A DNA stretch of 64,000 bases from Bacteroidales bacterium (GCA_031553535.1 JAVBLM010000017.1:13542-77541), one strand, 5' to 3'. Numbered from the stretch's first letter, positions 19,854 to 30,419 are shown. Notes: a model not told the origin generated them from the letters alone. Program-made: numbers and translations.

Positions 19854-21362
19854 TTATTTATCTATTATTACAACTACCCTACGATTCTTCATTTTCCCTT
19901 CCGGAGTATCGTTGGTGGCTACGGGGTTTACTTCCCCTTTGGAGACAGTCCGGATACGACTGGCATTAATACCGTGACTTATCATGTACTGTTTTACTGC
20001 TTCAGCACGTTGAAGGCCTACTTTCAAGTTTATTTCTTCTGTGCCTGTGTTACAAGTATATCCTTCCAGAAGAATCTTCACATCAGGATATTTCTTCAGG
20101 TCTGCAACTTGTTTATCTGCAAGCTGTTTTTGTGCTTCTGTTAATCCGATAACACCATTTTCGTAATTGTCGATGGTTACAGTTGTAAATGCAGATTGCG
20201 TTGTAGAAACAGGTTGAGCAACAGCAGTTTGTGTTTGAACAGGCTTTGTAACCGGTTGTGTCACTGTAACTGATTCCTGAACGGTCTTATTTTCAGTCTG
20301 TTGTTCCTGAACTTGTTCCTCTATCAGTTTCTCCAGTTTAACAGGTTCTGTTATAGTCTCTGTTACTATAGCAACTATCACTTCTTCTTTCTTTTTCTTC
20401 TTATCCGCTTTAACTTCCTTATCGGCTTTGTCTTTTTTCCCTGCCTCTTTTCCACAGTCGAAAGCAAATTTCACCTTCAGTCCCAAAGATGCAGGATGTA
20501 TTTTGGAAACACTCGCTTGGTTATTACTACCATATGTGGAATTAATAACGCTATTGTTCTGCAATGTAGTGGCCGCCGGATTATTCGGATCGGAAGCAAC
20601 GGTAGCAAGAGGTTGTGTGGGAGATTCTTTCTGGATATTCAAGAAGCCATAGTCAAAGTATACACCTGTATATATGGAGAATATAGGGCATACCCGCCAT
20701 TTTCCTCCCAGTTCTACGGAAGCCATACAGCTGAGCTTGGTTTCAAACTCTTTCTTATCATATGATTTATCGAATATTCCATATCCCATATCGGTATAAT
20801 CGGTTAAATTGGTAGGGTCGTCTCCTCCCCAGGTAGTATTGTCAAAAGGAAAGAAAGCAGATGTAGTCAATTGATTATCTCCAATCTTATAGGTGGCTTT
20901 AACCGGTATTCCCAACTTTGCTCCGAAGGCAACATAAAACTTATGTTTCCCACTGGTTTGGTATTGGGCCATAAGAGGGATATTTACATAGTAAGCACTT
21001 TGCTTTTCTTTGTAGGCATCGAAGCCATATCCGAAAACATGATCTTCGTTGAGATAGGAATCAGCAGCAGCCACGTCGTAGCTGGCGTTAAATCCGTCAG
21101 GAAAAGTTGCCGAAGCGTTATAGCAGGAAAATTCCGCCCCTATTCCCAAACTCCAGTTACGGGTGAAGAAATATGCATAACTCAAGCCAGCATTACCGCC
21201 AAAACCATTCTTTTGCGTACCCATATCCATTTTATAATATAGTGTAGACCATCCGCCTGCCCCATAAATACTAATTTCGTGCTTCTTTTGCTCTTGGGCA
21301 AACCCTGTGATTGTTAATGCTATCATGGCAAATAACATGAGACTTATCCTAGTACTTTTCAT
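19854..21362 (-). CDS. Outer-membrane beta-barrel + linker + OmpA C-terminal peptidoglycan-binding protein
   Basis: Signal peptide MKSTRISLMLF..FAQ; barrel strands (HEISIYGAGG, YVNIPLMAQY, LGLKVKFAF); LEGYTCNTG..NLKVGLQRAEAV..NRRV. Confidence 0.88.
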   Translation of the reverse strand: MKSTRISLMLFAMIALTITGFAQEQKKHEISIYGAGGWSTLYYKMDMGTQKNGFGGNAGLSYAYFFTRNWSLGIGAEFSCYNASATFPDGFNASYDVAAADSYLNEDHVFGYGFDAYKEKQSAYYVNIPLMAQYQTSGKHKFYVAFGAKLGIPVKATYKIGDNQLTTSAFFPFDNTTWGGDDPTNLTDYTDMGYGIFDKSYDKKEFETKLSCMASVELGGKWRVCPIFSIYTGVYFDYGFLNIQKESPTQPLATVASDPNNPAATTLQNNSVINSTYGSNNQASVSKIHPASLGLKVKFAFDCGKEAGKKDKADKEVKADKKKKKEEVIVAIVTETITEPVKLEKLIEEQVQEQQTENKTVQESVTVTQPVTKPVQTQTAVAQPVSTTQSAFTTVTIDNYENGVIGLTEAQKQLADKQVADLKKYPDVKILLEGYTCNTGTEEINLKVGLQRAEAVKQYMISHGINASRIRTVSKGEVNPVATNDTPEGKMKNRRVVVIIDK

Positions 21363-21426
21363 GTTTAATTGTATTATCTTGTTTCTAAATATTCTTGTTT
21401 TCATTTGATTACCATTTTTATAAGGT

Positions 21427-21533
21427 AAGAATATTCAACAGGTGCTTTTTTTGCCCCCTATCCCCTGAAGGGGGAATGCAATAAATTAGCACTTTGTGAA
21501 AGTAGGGGTAAATAAATACCTGTTGAATATCCT
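21427..21533. repeat. ~105-bp MITE/REP-like element with ATATTCAACAGGT terminal inverted repeats and internal CCCC/GGGG hairpin
   Basis: atattcaacaggt (21431-21443) / acctgttgaatat (21518-21530); ccccctatcccctgaaggggga inside. Confidence 0.7.
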
Positions 21534-21543
21534 CATTCTCTTT

Positions 21544-24500
21544 TTATTGAACAATCACTTTCATTCTACCTTTTATTTCTCCTCTTGTTGTTAAACTAAT
21601 AATATAGCTTCCCGGATTTTGCGGCATTTCTACCTGTAAAGAAGCATCCGGGTTTTGTATACTAATGAGACGTCCTTCTATATCATAAATAGACACCACG
21701 ATGTCTTCAAATTCTTCATTTGTTAGTGATGTTTCAATCGTTGCAAAAGATGATGTTTGAGAAGGGTTCGGGAAGATCGACATCTTCAGACTCTTGCTAT
21801 TCATTAAAATAGGACATAACGGAACATTTGTAAATGCCTTTCCATTCTGATCTGTACCTGATACTACAGCATGGTAATATCCTCCTTCGGAAGGCCTGAT
21901 ATTGTTTTTGGTTTCTCCCTGAAGCAATGTATTATCCTTATACCATTTAAAGGAAGTGAATTGATATCCGCCATTATTTACAGGATTATTGATCACAGAA
22001 AGGGAGTTTCCGATCCGTTCCTTGTAGAACTCGGTTCCAAACGGGATTACAACATTTACAGTATAAGTTTTATGATGGTTTCCATCGGCAGAAGTTACTT
22101 CTATCAAAAGGGTTTGTATCCCCGGTTCAAGGAAAGTAAATGTCTGCGAATTTCCACTTACACCATTCATGGTTACTGTTCCTGACTGAGCCGGAGTAGC
22201 CGTAATAGTAGAGGAATTATCTCCACAAGAAAGAGTAAGGGTATAATCCAGCATATCAGAATCGAATGCAGGAGATAACACACCCGTGCTGGCAGTAAGT
22301 CCATCCAGGTATGCATCGGAAGAGGAAAGAATGGTTACCGTAACCATCGCCGTATCGCTACAGCCGGAAGCATTAACTCCAACAATATAATATTGATTTA
22401 CACCCTCGGTAGATACAATATTTCCGACAGAGTTGAAATTGTTGTCATAATAAGTAAAACTTGTGATGCCTGCAATAGAGCCTGACTTAAGCGTCAAAGC
22501 AGACAAATCAACCGTTGCGGGAACATATACCGTGTCGGGGTCTGCAAAGCTGAACTCCGGCTTGGCAAGAATAGTCACATTGGTAACAGATGATGTATCC
22601 ATACATCCGCCTGCATTGCTGACAACTACTTTCACTGTTCCTATTGTGGTACCGTTCCATTGGATAGAAGCAATATTGGTATTTCCACCTGCAATAACAG
22701 TACCTTCTTCCACAATCCATTCATAGAAAGCCACACCGGAGATGGTTGTATATTCTTCTACACTGCCGGCACACACTGATGCAGCGCCTGTGATAGCAGG
22801 AGTAGTATGATCGTCAATAATAATATTAACTAACAATGATGTGTCGGTACAACCATTTGTATTGGTAACAGCTACCTCGATTGTTCCGCTGCCTGCTGTA
22901 CCCCAATCGATCGTTACCATATCGGTTGGTCCGCCTGAAGTTATCAGACCTCCGGTTACAATCCATTCGTAAGAAATCATATCGGAAGCAGTAGAGTAAA
23001 TCTCGGTTGAGTTGGTACATACTGTTTTGTTACCGGTAATATCCGGTGAAGGAAGCGCATTGATAGTTACCTCGATTGTATCCGAACCGAAACAGTTACC
23101 ATTGCTATATGTTACGATAACTTCTCCCGTACCGGCAGCTGTCCAATCCACGGTAATACTGTTGCTATTATGACCTGTGGCGATGGTTCCTCCGGTTACC
23201 GTCCATGCATAATTACTTTTGCCAGATTCTGTACCATATGTTTCCGTTGTGTTTTCACATACGGACAACGTACCTGTAATTACAGGTTCCGGCAAGGGGT
23301 TAACAACCAATGTATCATATACGGCAAGCAGTGTAAGATCACTCACACATCCTGTCATCGTATTTTCTATGGACAACAATTGAGAGATAGTAGTCACTAT
23401 AGGTTGAACCGGAATGGTATAGCTTGTAGCAGGTGTTGGAGATTCCAATTCTTCCACTGTACCCCACGTTGCTCCATTATCCGTAGATAGCCGGTAAGTT
23501 ACTTTGTTCCCGTTATTGGTTACGTTACTGAAAATAAAGTTAGCCGATTCGCCGACGCAAATGGTATCTTTATCCAAAGCAAGGTTAGCGGTTGGTAATT
23601 GGTTCACTGTAATGGTATCATAGATTCCTAATCCTGAAACGTCATAACTACATCCTGTTAATGTGTTTCCCACAAGTAATAACTGTGCAACGGCATTGGA
23701 AGTAGGAGCAATTTTCAATATATCGGATGATGTTAAGATAATATTAGCTCCTATCGGAACATTATTACCTGAAAGAAATGTAAAAGTCAATGTATCTGCT
23801 CCGTTGGTCACCGTTCCGATAGTTATGGTTACGGTATCCCCGGTACATATTTCTGTTGTAGAGAAAGAAAGATTACCGGTAGGAAGACCCACAAGGTCAA
23901 CTGTTCCTTTAATCGAATCACCCCATGTTATGGCTCTATCGGCTGCATCTACAATATAGATATTATAGCCAACGCCTGTATGTGGATTTATGGATTTACT
24001 TGCCAATGTAAAATACGAGGTTGCATCCGTTAATGGGAATCCTGTTAGAGGATGGCCAAAATAGCCTTTCCCGGTCACGTTATCGATAGACATTGGAGCA
24101 AAGGTACCGGTAGCCGTACCATCCAAACTGTATTTTAATTCCAGTGAGTCGGCAAGTGCCGGATTGAGAAGCTCTACGCATACCAAAGCATCTTCTCCTG
24201 CTTTACAATTGGCAACGACAGAAACAGAAAAAGGAACTTCGGTACATGTGACCTCTGCCCCCGAAGCCAAGTCCGTGTTAAGTACAGGTTCAGGCAGTGC
24301 CGTTACGGATACTGTGATGTTTTGTAAATCAGTACTTGTATTTACGCATCCTGTTACCGTATTTTCCAAGCTCATCACTCTGGCCATATAACTGCCTAGC
24401 GCCAAGGGCCCAAAGGTAATTGTGTAGGATGATTCTCCGGGTTCCCCTTCAAGTGTTTGTGTTGCGCCCCACATTGATCCACCATCAGTGCTCAATTGAT

Positions 24501-27336
24501 ATCCTATTTTATTCGTTCCATTTGTTATATTGATAACCGATAAGCTTGCCGTTTCGTCGAGACAGGTAATAGAAGATGACAAGGACAACTCTGCTGTTGG
24601 GAGGCCGGCAAGACTTACCGATCCTGCTATTACATTTCCATAAACAGTAGTATCAACTGCATCTACCATAGCAAACGAATAGTTTACAGTGTCATGAAAC
24701 AGGGTAGATTTACTGGAGATTCTGAAAGAAGACGTGGCATTTATTAAAGGAAATCCCGTTACAGGGCCAAAGAAAGCTTTTCCATTGGAAGCAAAAGAGA
24801 TGGGATACCATTGGCTGTTCATCGTTTCTTTATATTGCAGTTCCAAAGAATCAATAAACAGAGGATCTATTTGGATCAAAGCTTTCACCATCACCTTATT
24901 TTCACAAGTTGTTGAGGTTAAGCCGGTAGATACCTGGAACTCGGTATAATTACAAATTATCGTATCCTTGTCATCCATTCCAACAACCGATAACATCGGC
25001 ATTGCATGCAGGTTTACTGTCTTTTGCATTTCCGCTAAAACAATGGAAGGAGAAGTTGCATCAAGCAATTGCATAACAACAGGCACATTGGAATGCTCCG
25101 CAAAAGATTTTCCGGTTATCCTGAACTTAGATTCAATACCATCTGTCATAGGGAATCCTGTCGAAGGGCCAAAGTAGGCATCTCCCTGACTGTTAAAAGT
25201 CAGCGGTATATATTTTCCTGCATTTACACCTTGTACTTCCAGATATTCAACCAGAATGGAATCCTGTAATGGCGGATCTATATGAGTTAAAGTTCTCACC
25301 ATGTGTCCCCCGCAGTCCGTATGTGTCTGTATAGTACAGGTATCCCGGATACATATATCGGTAGGATAATCATCCGAAGTTAACGAATCACCCTGAACAT
25401 TATTTAGATAAAGAGTGATCCATGGTGATTGAGCCCATACCTGGTTATATTGGCTTGGCTGAGAGGCAGCACCTCTGTCAACACCATCAACCAGTAACAA
25501 TGCAAATTGTATAGTATCTTTGGTTGTTTTTGTAGTCGTCTTGATACGGAAAGCCAAATATCCTGACTCTAAGCCCGACACAGCAACATTTTGCCACAAT
25601 AGAAACTCTCCGGGTTTTCCACTAACCGGCCTGTCCTTAACCGGGTTACTATACGGTTCTCCTAACCATTCAAAATATAAATTTCCGCCAGCATCTACCG
25701 ATAATGGATAAAACTCCACTAAACCAATATCGCTGGAATCTTTAAACTTAATTACTTGATTAGAAGCAGCTCCACTTTTGCAACCGGCTTGTATATCGAA
25801 AACGAGATCATGCTCTTCGTTATTAGCAAAATCACAGGTATAGGTGAAAATATCGGCCAATGGATCGCCGCTAATAAATTCGGAAGGTTTTCCGGAAGTG
25901 TTGTATTTTTTAGGTTGACCATTTACTACGAGTAAGGAATCAACGTATGCTTCGCCGCCCTTTTCGGAATTTCCAAAGCCAATAGCGGGAATGTCAACCA
26001 ACCCATCTACATATAGCGTATATTCCTGGCTTTCGTACCAAACTTCATTATATCCGTGAGGTTGATGACCGGCATAGTCAGTCGTCTTGGAGAAATCGGT
26101 ACTGTCAACAAACTTAATGGTAAAGCGGATTGTATCCTTACCGGTTACATTAGCTGTTTTTACCGGTTTTAGAATGAAAGGTTGCGAGTCCATATTTGCT
26201 TGGTTTTGCCAAAAGATAAACTCACCGGGTTTGTTGGTTACAGGCCGGGTATAAACAGGATTTCCGTAGCTATTATCAATATCCAGCCAATCCCATGCAA
26301 ACGGATTGGGAGAAAACGCAGTTTGGACTATTGGGAAAAATTCAAGTTTCCCCACATCTGCCGAATCTTTAAAACAGATCACCTTGTTGGATGGCAGGTC
26401 TACTTTACATCCTGCACTCACCTCAAATATCAAATTTGTTGAATCCAATGGAGTTGTAGTTTCCCCGGTAGATTTGAAATTGTTAAAACAGGTATAAGCA
26501 GGGAGCGGAGTAGTAGCTATGTCCGGATTAAACACAAAATCGGTTGCATTTCCTGAAATTATTCCATATTGTGCCATAGCAGCAAATTGAGCATCTCCCG
26601 CCATAGCGGAGGTAATTCCAATCTGGGGATCAACATAAATAGTAATTTCCGCGCTTTGTGCAATTACTGTCGTATAATCATGAGGTACGCCCAATAAAGT
26701 CTTTGAAGGATTGGTGTTGTCTACCAGCAAGATTTTAAAGCTGATACTTTTGGCTGTCGTCAATTTCGCAGTAGGGATGATTTTAAAAGCGAGAGTGGAA
26801 TCGACCGAGGTAAGTTTGGTCGCATCCTCCCACAAAATATACTCTCCCGGCTTATCGGTAACATACCTGTGCAGCACAGGATAACCGTAGGTATTGTCCA
26901 TCTCCAACCATTCCCATTTAAGCGTGTCATTATCAAATATCAATGGATAGAATCCAACCAATGCGGCATCGTCAGGATTTGAAAAAGCGATCACTTTATT
27001 GCAAGTATCACCCGGATTACCTACAATTGGAATCATAAATACAAGATTACCGGAATCCAAACTGACAGGTGAAGCGGGACTGCCCGGTGCAAGAGAAGCG
27101 GTTGTTTTCTCACTGCACGTATACACATGTTTCGATGGATCGTTGGAATACACATACTCCATGAGGTTATTCCCAACACTGGGATATTTACCCGGAGCAA
27201 GAGAGTTGAAGTAAGCAGCTCCCGCTAATTTGGCATCACCGAATCCGGTAAAGGATATGCTCATCTGTGCCTTAGATTCAAAGATTGAAAATAAAAGCGC
27301 AGAGGCCAAGATCAATTTAATAAAATTGTTTCTCAT
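21544..27336 (-). CDS. Large T9SS-secreted surface protein (3 unknown N-terminal repeats, 3 FGPxTGFP domains, PKD-like and cadherin-like domains, C-terminal sorting domain)
   Basis: Signal peptide ending KA-Q; internal repeats; Y.WTVTGG PKD-like units; LSPAFDS..Y cadherin-like; IFPNPS..IYDIEGRLI..KVIVQ. Confidence 0.88.
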   Translation of the reverse strand: MRNNFIKLILASALLFSIFESKAQMSISFTGFGDAKLAGAAYFNSLAPGKYPSVGNNLMEYVYSNDPSKHVYTCSEKTTASLAPGSPASPVSLDSGNLVFMIPIVGNPGDTCNKVIAFSNPDDAALVGFYPLIFDNDTLKWEWLEMDNTYGYPVLHRYVTDKPGEYILWEDATKLTSVDSTLAFKIIPTAKLTTAKSISFKILLVDNTNPSKTLLGVPHDYTTVIAQSAEITIYVDPQIGITSAMAGDAQFAAMAQYGIISGNATDFVFNPDIATTPLPAYTCFNNFKSTGETTTPLDSTNLIFEVSAGCKVDLPSNKVICFKDSADVGKLEFFPIVQTAFSPNPFAWDWLDIDNSYGNPVYTRPVTNKPGEFIFWQNQANMDSQPFILKPVKTANVTGKDTIRFTIKFVDSTDFSKTTDYAGHQPHGYNEVWYESQEYTLYVDGLVDIPAIGFGNSEKGGEAYVDSLLVVNGQPKKYNTSGKPSEFISGDPLADIFTYTCDFANNEEHDLVFDIQAGCKSGAASNQVIKFKDSSDIGLVEFYPLSVDAGGNLYFEWLGEPYSNPVKDRPVSGKPGEFLLWQNVAVSGLESGYLAFRIKTTTKTTKDTIQFALLLVDGVDRGAASQPSQYNQVWAQSPWITLYLNNVQGDSLTSDDYPTDICIRDTCTIQTHTDCGGHMVRTLTHIDPPLQDSILVEYLEVQGVNAGKYIPLTFNSQGDAYFGPSTGFPMTDGIESKFRITGKSFAEHSNVPVVMQLLDATSPSIVLAEMQKTVNLHAMPMLSVVGMDDKDTIICNYTEFQVSTGLTSTTCENKVMVKALIQIDPLFIDSLELQYKETMNSQWYPISFASNGKAFFGPVTGFPLINATSSFRISSKSTLFHDTVNYSFAMVDAVDTTVYGNVIAGSVSLAGLPTAELSLSSSITCLDETASLSVINITNGTNKIGYQLSTDGGSMWGATQTLEGEPGESSYTITFGPLALGSYMARVMSLENTVTGCVNTSTDLQNITVSVTALPEPVLNTDLASGAEVTCTEVPFSVSVVANCKAGEDALVCVELLNPALADSLELKYSLDGTATGTFAPMSIDNVTGKGYFGHPLTGFPLTDATSYFTLASKSINPHTGVGYNIYIVDAADRAITWGDSIKGTVDLVGLPTGNLSFSTTEICTGDTVTITIGTVTNGADTLTFTFLSGNNVPIGANIILTSSDILKIAPTSNAVAQLLLVGNTLTGCSYDVSGLGIYDTITVNQLPTANLALDKDTICVGESANFIFSNVTNNGNKVTYRLSTDNGATWGTVEELESPTPATSYTIPVQPIVTTISQLLSIENTMTGCVSDLTLLAVYDTLVVNPLPEPVITGTLSVCENTTETYGTESGKSNYAWTVTGGTIATGHNSNSITVDWTAAGTGEVIVTYSNGNCFGSDTIEVTINALPSPDITGNKTVCTNSTEIYSTASDMISYEWIVTGGLITSGGPTDMVTIDWGTAGSGTIEVAVTNTNGCTDTSLLVNIIIDDHTTPAITGAASVCAGSVEEYTTISGVAFYEWIVEEGTVIAGGNTNIASIQWNGTTIGTVKVVVSNAGGCMDTSSVTNVTILAKPEFSFADPDTVYVPATVDLSALTLKSGSIAGITSFTYYDNNFNSVGNIVSTEGVNQYYIVGVNASGCSDTAMVTVTILSSSDAYLDGLTASTGVLSPAFDSDMLDYTLTLSCGDNSSTITATPAQSGTVTMNGVSGNSQTFTFLEPGIQTLLIEVTSADGNHHKTYTVNVVIPFGTEFYKERIGNSLSVINNPVNNGGYQFTSFKWYKDNTLLQGETKNNIRPSEGGYYHAVVSGTDQNGKAFTNVPLCPILMNSKSLKMSIFPNPSQTSSFATIETSLTNEEFEDIVVSIYDIEGRLISIQNPDASLQVEMPQNPGSYIISLTTRGEIKGRMKVIVQ

Positions 27337-28166
27337 TTCATTTTGTTTTAATTATATTTATTTTATGTTATTTCTTGTGGGGGATGGTTTACGTTGATTG
27401 TCGGCAACACCCATAAACAAACCTGATTGGAAGCAATATTGCATTCCTTCTTTATTCTTAGGATAATAAATGGTTCCCAAATTCAAGTTTTTGATATACA
27501 TTCTAAAATTCATCTCTTCTACATATTTAGCCAAACATTACACTTCCCATGCCAATCCGAACAAGTTAAGAATAAAAAATTAACATCTTATTATTTGCAA
27601 AGTCAGCACAAAAGAATATGCTACAAACGAAAGAAATGAACTTTTGTTCTTGACTTATTACCTTTTTTAAAAGAATAGAAAGACTCCGATTTGGACAAGG
27701 CTTCTGCACATATTATCAGTTATTCGCAAGGCACTAAAGCATCACTCCCACAATGTTGTATATATTTCTTGCTGTTGGTGATAACTATTTTATTGCGAAA
27801 GAATCACCTCCCGAGATTTGAGATAGGCACTCTATTATAACAAAATTACCCTCCAAGATTGAGACTCCCTATCCTCCTATAAATATTCATTATCAGTTGT
27901 TTGATTCAATTATCCTTCTATTCTTTTGAGGTTATACTGAAAGTAGAGATATGATATGCCGCGTCTTTACTGATGTTCAGACAATGGCTTCGCCTTATCT
28001 GTTTTATTCTTACTTTTAGTGCCGTCTCAGATGAACAGGAAGGTTTTTCCATGTTTATTATAATCGTATTAATCAGATAATTTAATTTTTTGTTCAAGCA
28101 AAAACAAAAGCATGATTGAAAGCGTTAAGCAAACATGTTAAAAATAGAATATTAAAATAAAAAATC

Positions 28167-28508
28167 ATGGAAAACAAGTATAAAGACGAACCATTCGAGG
28201 GAAATCCTAACCCTTCTATCACACTAACTCGTGAACAATTTGACAGATGGAACGACCAGGGACATTTTATGTCATTGGAAGATGCTATTAATAAAACAAG
28301 GTCATTTGTAAAGTTACCAAAGAAAATTGCATTGAATGATTATGTGAACACTAATCTATCGGAACTTATCTTTGAACACTATAGATATGTAAAGATAAAT
28401 AATGACGATAGTATTGTGTTTATTACCGAGAACGGAACTGTGGACAATGACTCAATAACCGTAAACGGAGCCTATAAGATCGCTAAAGAAATATCATTCC
28501 ATGCATAA
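28167..28508 (+). CDS. Hypothetical protein
   Basis: 113-aa ORF with A-rich leader and normal composition; no recognised family. Confidence 0.6.
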   Translation: MENKYKDEPFEGNPNPSITLTREQFDRWNDQGHFMSLEDAINKTRSFVKLPKKIALNDYVNTNLSELIFEHYRYVKINNDDSIVFITENGTVDNDSITVNGAYKIAKEISFHA

Positions 28509-28618
28509 TTTTGATATTTACGGGTAAATTATCCTTAAAGAGGGATAATTATCTCAGGGTTGTCGGCAGAAAAGATGCCGGGGATATAAATAATATGCTA
28601 TTTTTGTAGCCTGAATTT

Positions 28619-28676
28619 GGGGAATGGAACTTCCCTTTCATAAACCACTGATTCAAAGAGCTGATAGTTCCTGCTT
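28619..28676 (+). ncRNA. Fluoride riboswitch (crcB motif)
   Basis: GGGAATGGAACTTCCC..AAACCAC..GCTGATAGTTCCTGC fits the GGxGAUGGxGxUCxCC..AAACxGC..GCUxAUGxCxCCUAC pattern with GGAAC/GTTCC pseudoknot; lies directly 5' of crcB. Confidence 0.9.
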
Positions 28677-28736
28677 GTATAATCATAAATGATGATCCAC
28701 AGTAGGATTCTTTCATTTTTAAATAGTATCAATAAT

Positions 28737-29111
28737 ATGATTAAAGAATTATTATTTGTAGGTTTAGGAGGTGGACTAGGAAGCATGTTGCGTTATCTTA
28801 CAACTTTATGTACGAACAAATATTTTCAAACTTCTTTTCCACTTGCCACATTTCTTGTAAATATAGTAGGTTGCTTTTTAGCAGGTATTCTGATCGGATT
28901 GTTTGGGAAATACATATGGTTAAACCACGAATTAAAACTGTTGTTAATAGTAGGTTTCTGCGGAGGATATACTACATTCTCGGCATTTTCAGTTGAAAGC
29001 TTAAACCTGTTTGAGTCCGGCAATTATCTTATTTTAGGGCTCTATATCATTGCAAGTATTTTAGTAAGCCTTTTCGCGGTCTGGCTGGGAAGTCTTATCA
29101 TAAAGATATGA
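28737..29111 (+). CDS. crcB: Fluoride efflux channel Fluc/CrcB
   Basis: GGGLGSMLRY, FPLATFLVNIVGCF, GFCGGYTTFSAFS. Confidence 0.96.
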   Translation: MIKELLFVGLGGGLGSMLRYLTTLCTNKYFQTSFPLATFLVNIVGCFLAGILIGLFGKYIWLNHELKLLLIVGFCGGYTTFSAFSVESLNLFESGNYLILGLYIIASILVSLFAVWLGSLIIKI

Positions 29112-29132
29112 TGGTTTTACTAAAATCATTAT

Positions 29133-29172
29133 AAATAAACCCGCTAATATATAATAATTAACGGGTTTATTT
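29133..29172. terminator. Bidirectional terminator between convergent genes
   Basis: aaataaacccg/cgggtttattt inverted repeat. Confidence 0.65.
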
Positions 29173-29221
29173 CAACATCTCAGGCAGAATTATACCTCCC
29201 TCTATACGTTTTGTTTAAAAA

Positions 29222-30064
29222 CTATTTTATAGTAAGTGGTTTTCTACTTTTTAATTCTTTAAATTTTTCTATGCTGTTGTTCATGGCTTTTACCATTTTG
29301 GTTGCATTGTCTATGCTTATGTTCTCAAAGGCAATTGTAAGTGATCTTGTTTCAGGGTTTTCATTTCCATTGTTAAGGTAATCATCCAAATCATACATGA
29401 TTGCGTTAATCGTCCCCGACAATTTACCCCCTAAATATTTTGTAACTGTTGCTGTTCCAGACGCTATATACCAATCTCCATAATAGTTACTATTGTATTC
29501 TACATAGCCTGATTCATAGTATAGAGCATAGAAGTTCTCGTTTGTAGTGCCTGTTTCATTTAATGTCCCAAAATTTATATACGGATAATAGCCTTCCGTT
29601 TTGAAACCCAAAACACCAACCATATTACCGCTGGAAGAAGTATATTCTTCAGCTTCAATATAAGTGGCGGTCCATTGTACACTCCCAAATGTTACGGTAA
29701 GTGTTGGCTCTGTAGATTCCGGTTGTTCTGCAGCTTCGACTGTAACAGCACATGTAGCAGAATAACCACCATCGGTTGTTGCCACAGTAATTACGGTATA
29801 CCCTTCTGCAACTGTTGTTATCTTCCCGTTATTATCAACAGTAGCAATAGAAGTATTAGAACTTACCCATGTTATGGATTTATCAGCAGCATCGGATGGC
29901 GATACCGTCGCTGTTAGGACTTCAGTTTCTCCAAGCTTTAAAGAGAGGGATGCCTTATTCAGGGTTATACCGGTTACATTTACCGTTTCATCTTTATTAC
30001 AACTTGTCAATACTGATGAGAAAACAAATAAAATTGCAGCTAAAATTAAAATGTGTCTTTTCAT
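29222..30064 (-). CDS. Lipoprotein with Big_2 (bacterial Ig-like group 2) domain
   Basis: Lipobox LTSC; VTGITLNKASLSLKLGETEVLTATVSPSDA..WVSSNTSIATVD. Confidence 0.85.
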   Translation of the reverse strand: MKRHILILAAILFVFSSVLTSCNKDETVNVTGITLNKASLSLKLGETEVLTATVSPSDAADKSITWVSSNTSIATVDNNGKITTVAEGYTVITVATTDGGYSATCAVTVEAAEQPESTEPTLTVTFGSVQWTATYIEAEEYTSSSGNMVGVLGFKTEGYYPYINFGTLNETGTTNENFYALYYESGYVEYNSNYYGDWYIASGTATVTKYLGGKLSGTINAIMYDLDDYLNNGNENPETRSLTIAFENISIDNATKMVKAMNNSIEKFKELKSRKPLTIK

Positions 30065-30419
30065 TACCTTACTTTTTTGTTAATTAATTCTATCATTGTA
30101 ATAGTAGAACGTATTTATCTGATTTTATGATTGTATATTCTACAGACACATGAAAAGACCCTATGGATATACGTTTTTTATAAACCAACAATTATAAAAA
30201 AGTATCATTTAAGGACACATTTTCTTTCTGCGTGTTTTAAATATGCTCTCTAAAGAAGAGAAGTCAATATAAAATATACATTGAGTGAACCTCTTTTTTT
30301 TATTACTTTTGCCGTGAACATTTTTTCAGAGAGACTGTCGCTAACTATTTGTAGCAATGAATATTGTTATCATTCTTTTTTAACATCAGACTTTCGACCA
30401 CTTCAAATAAAGAAACAAT

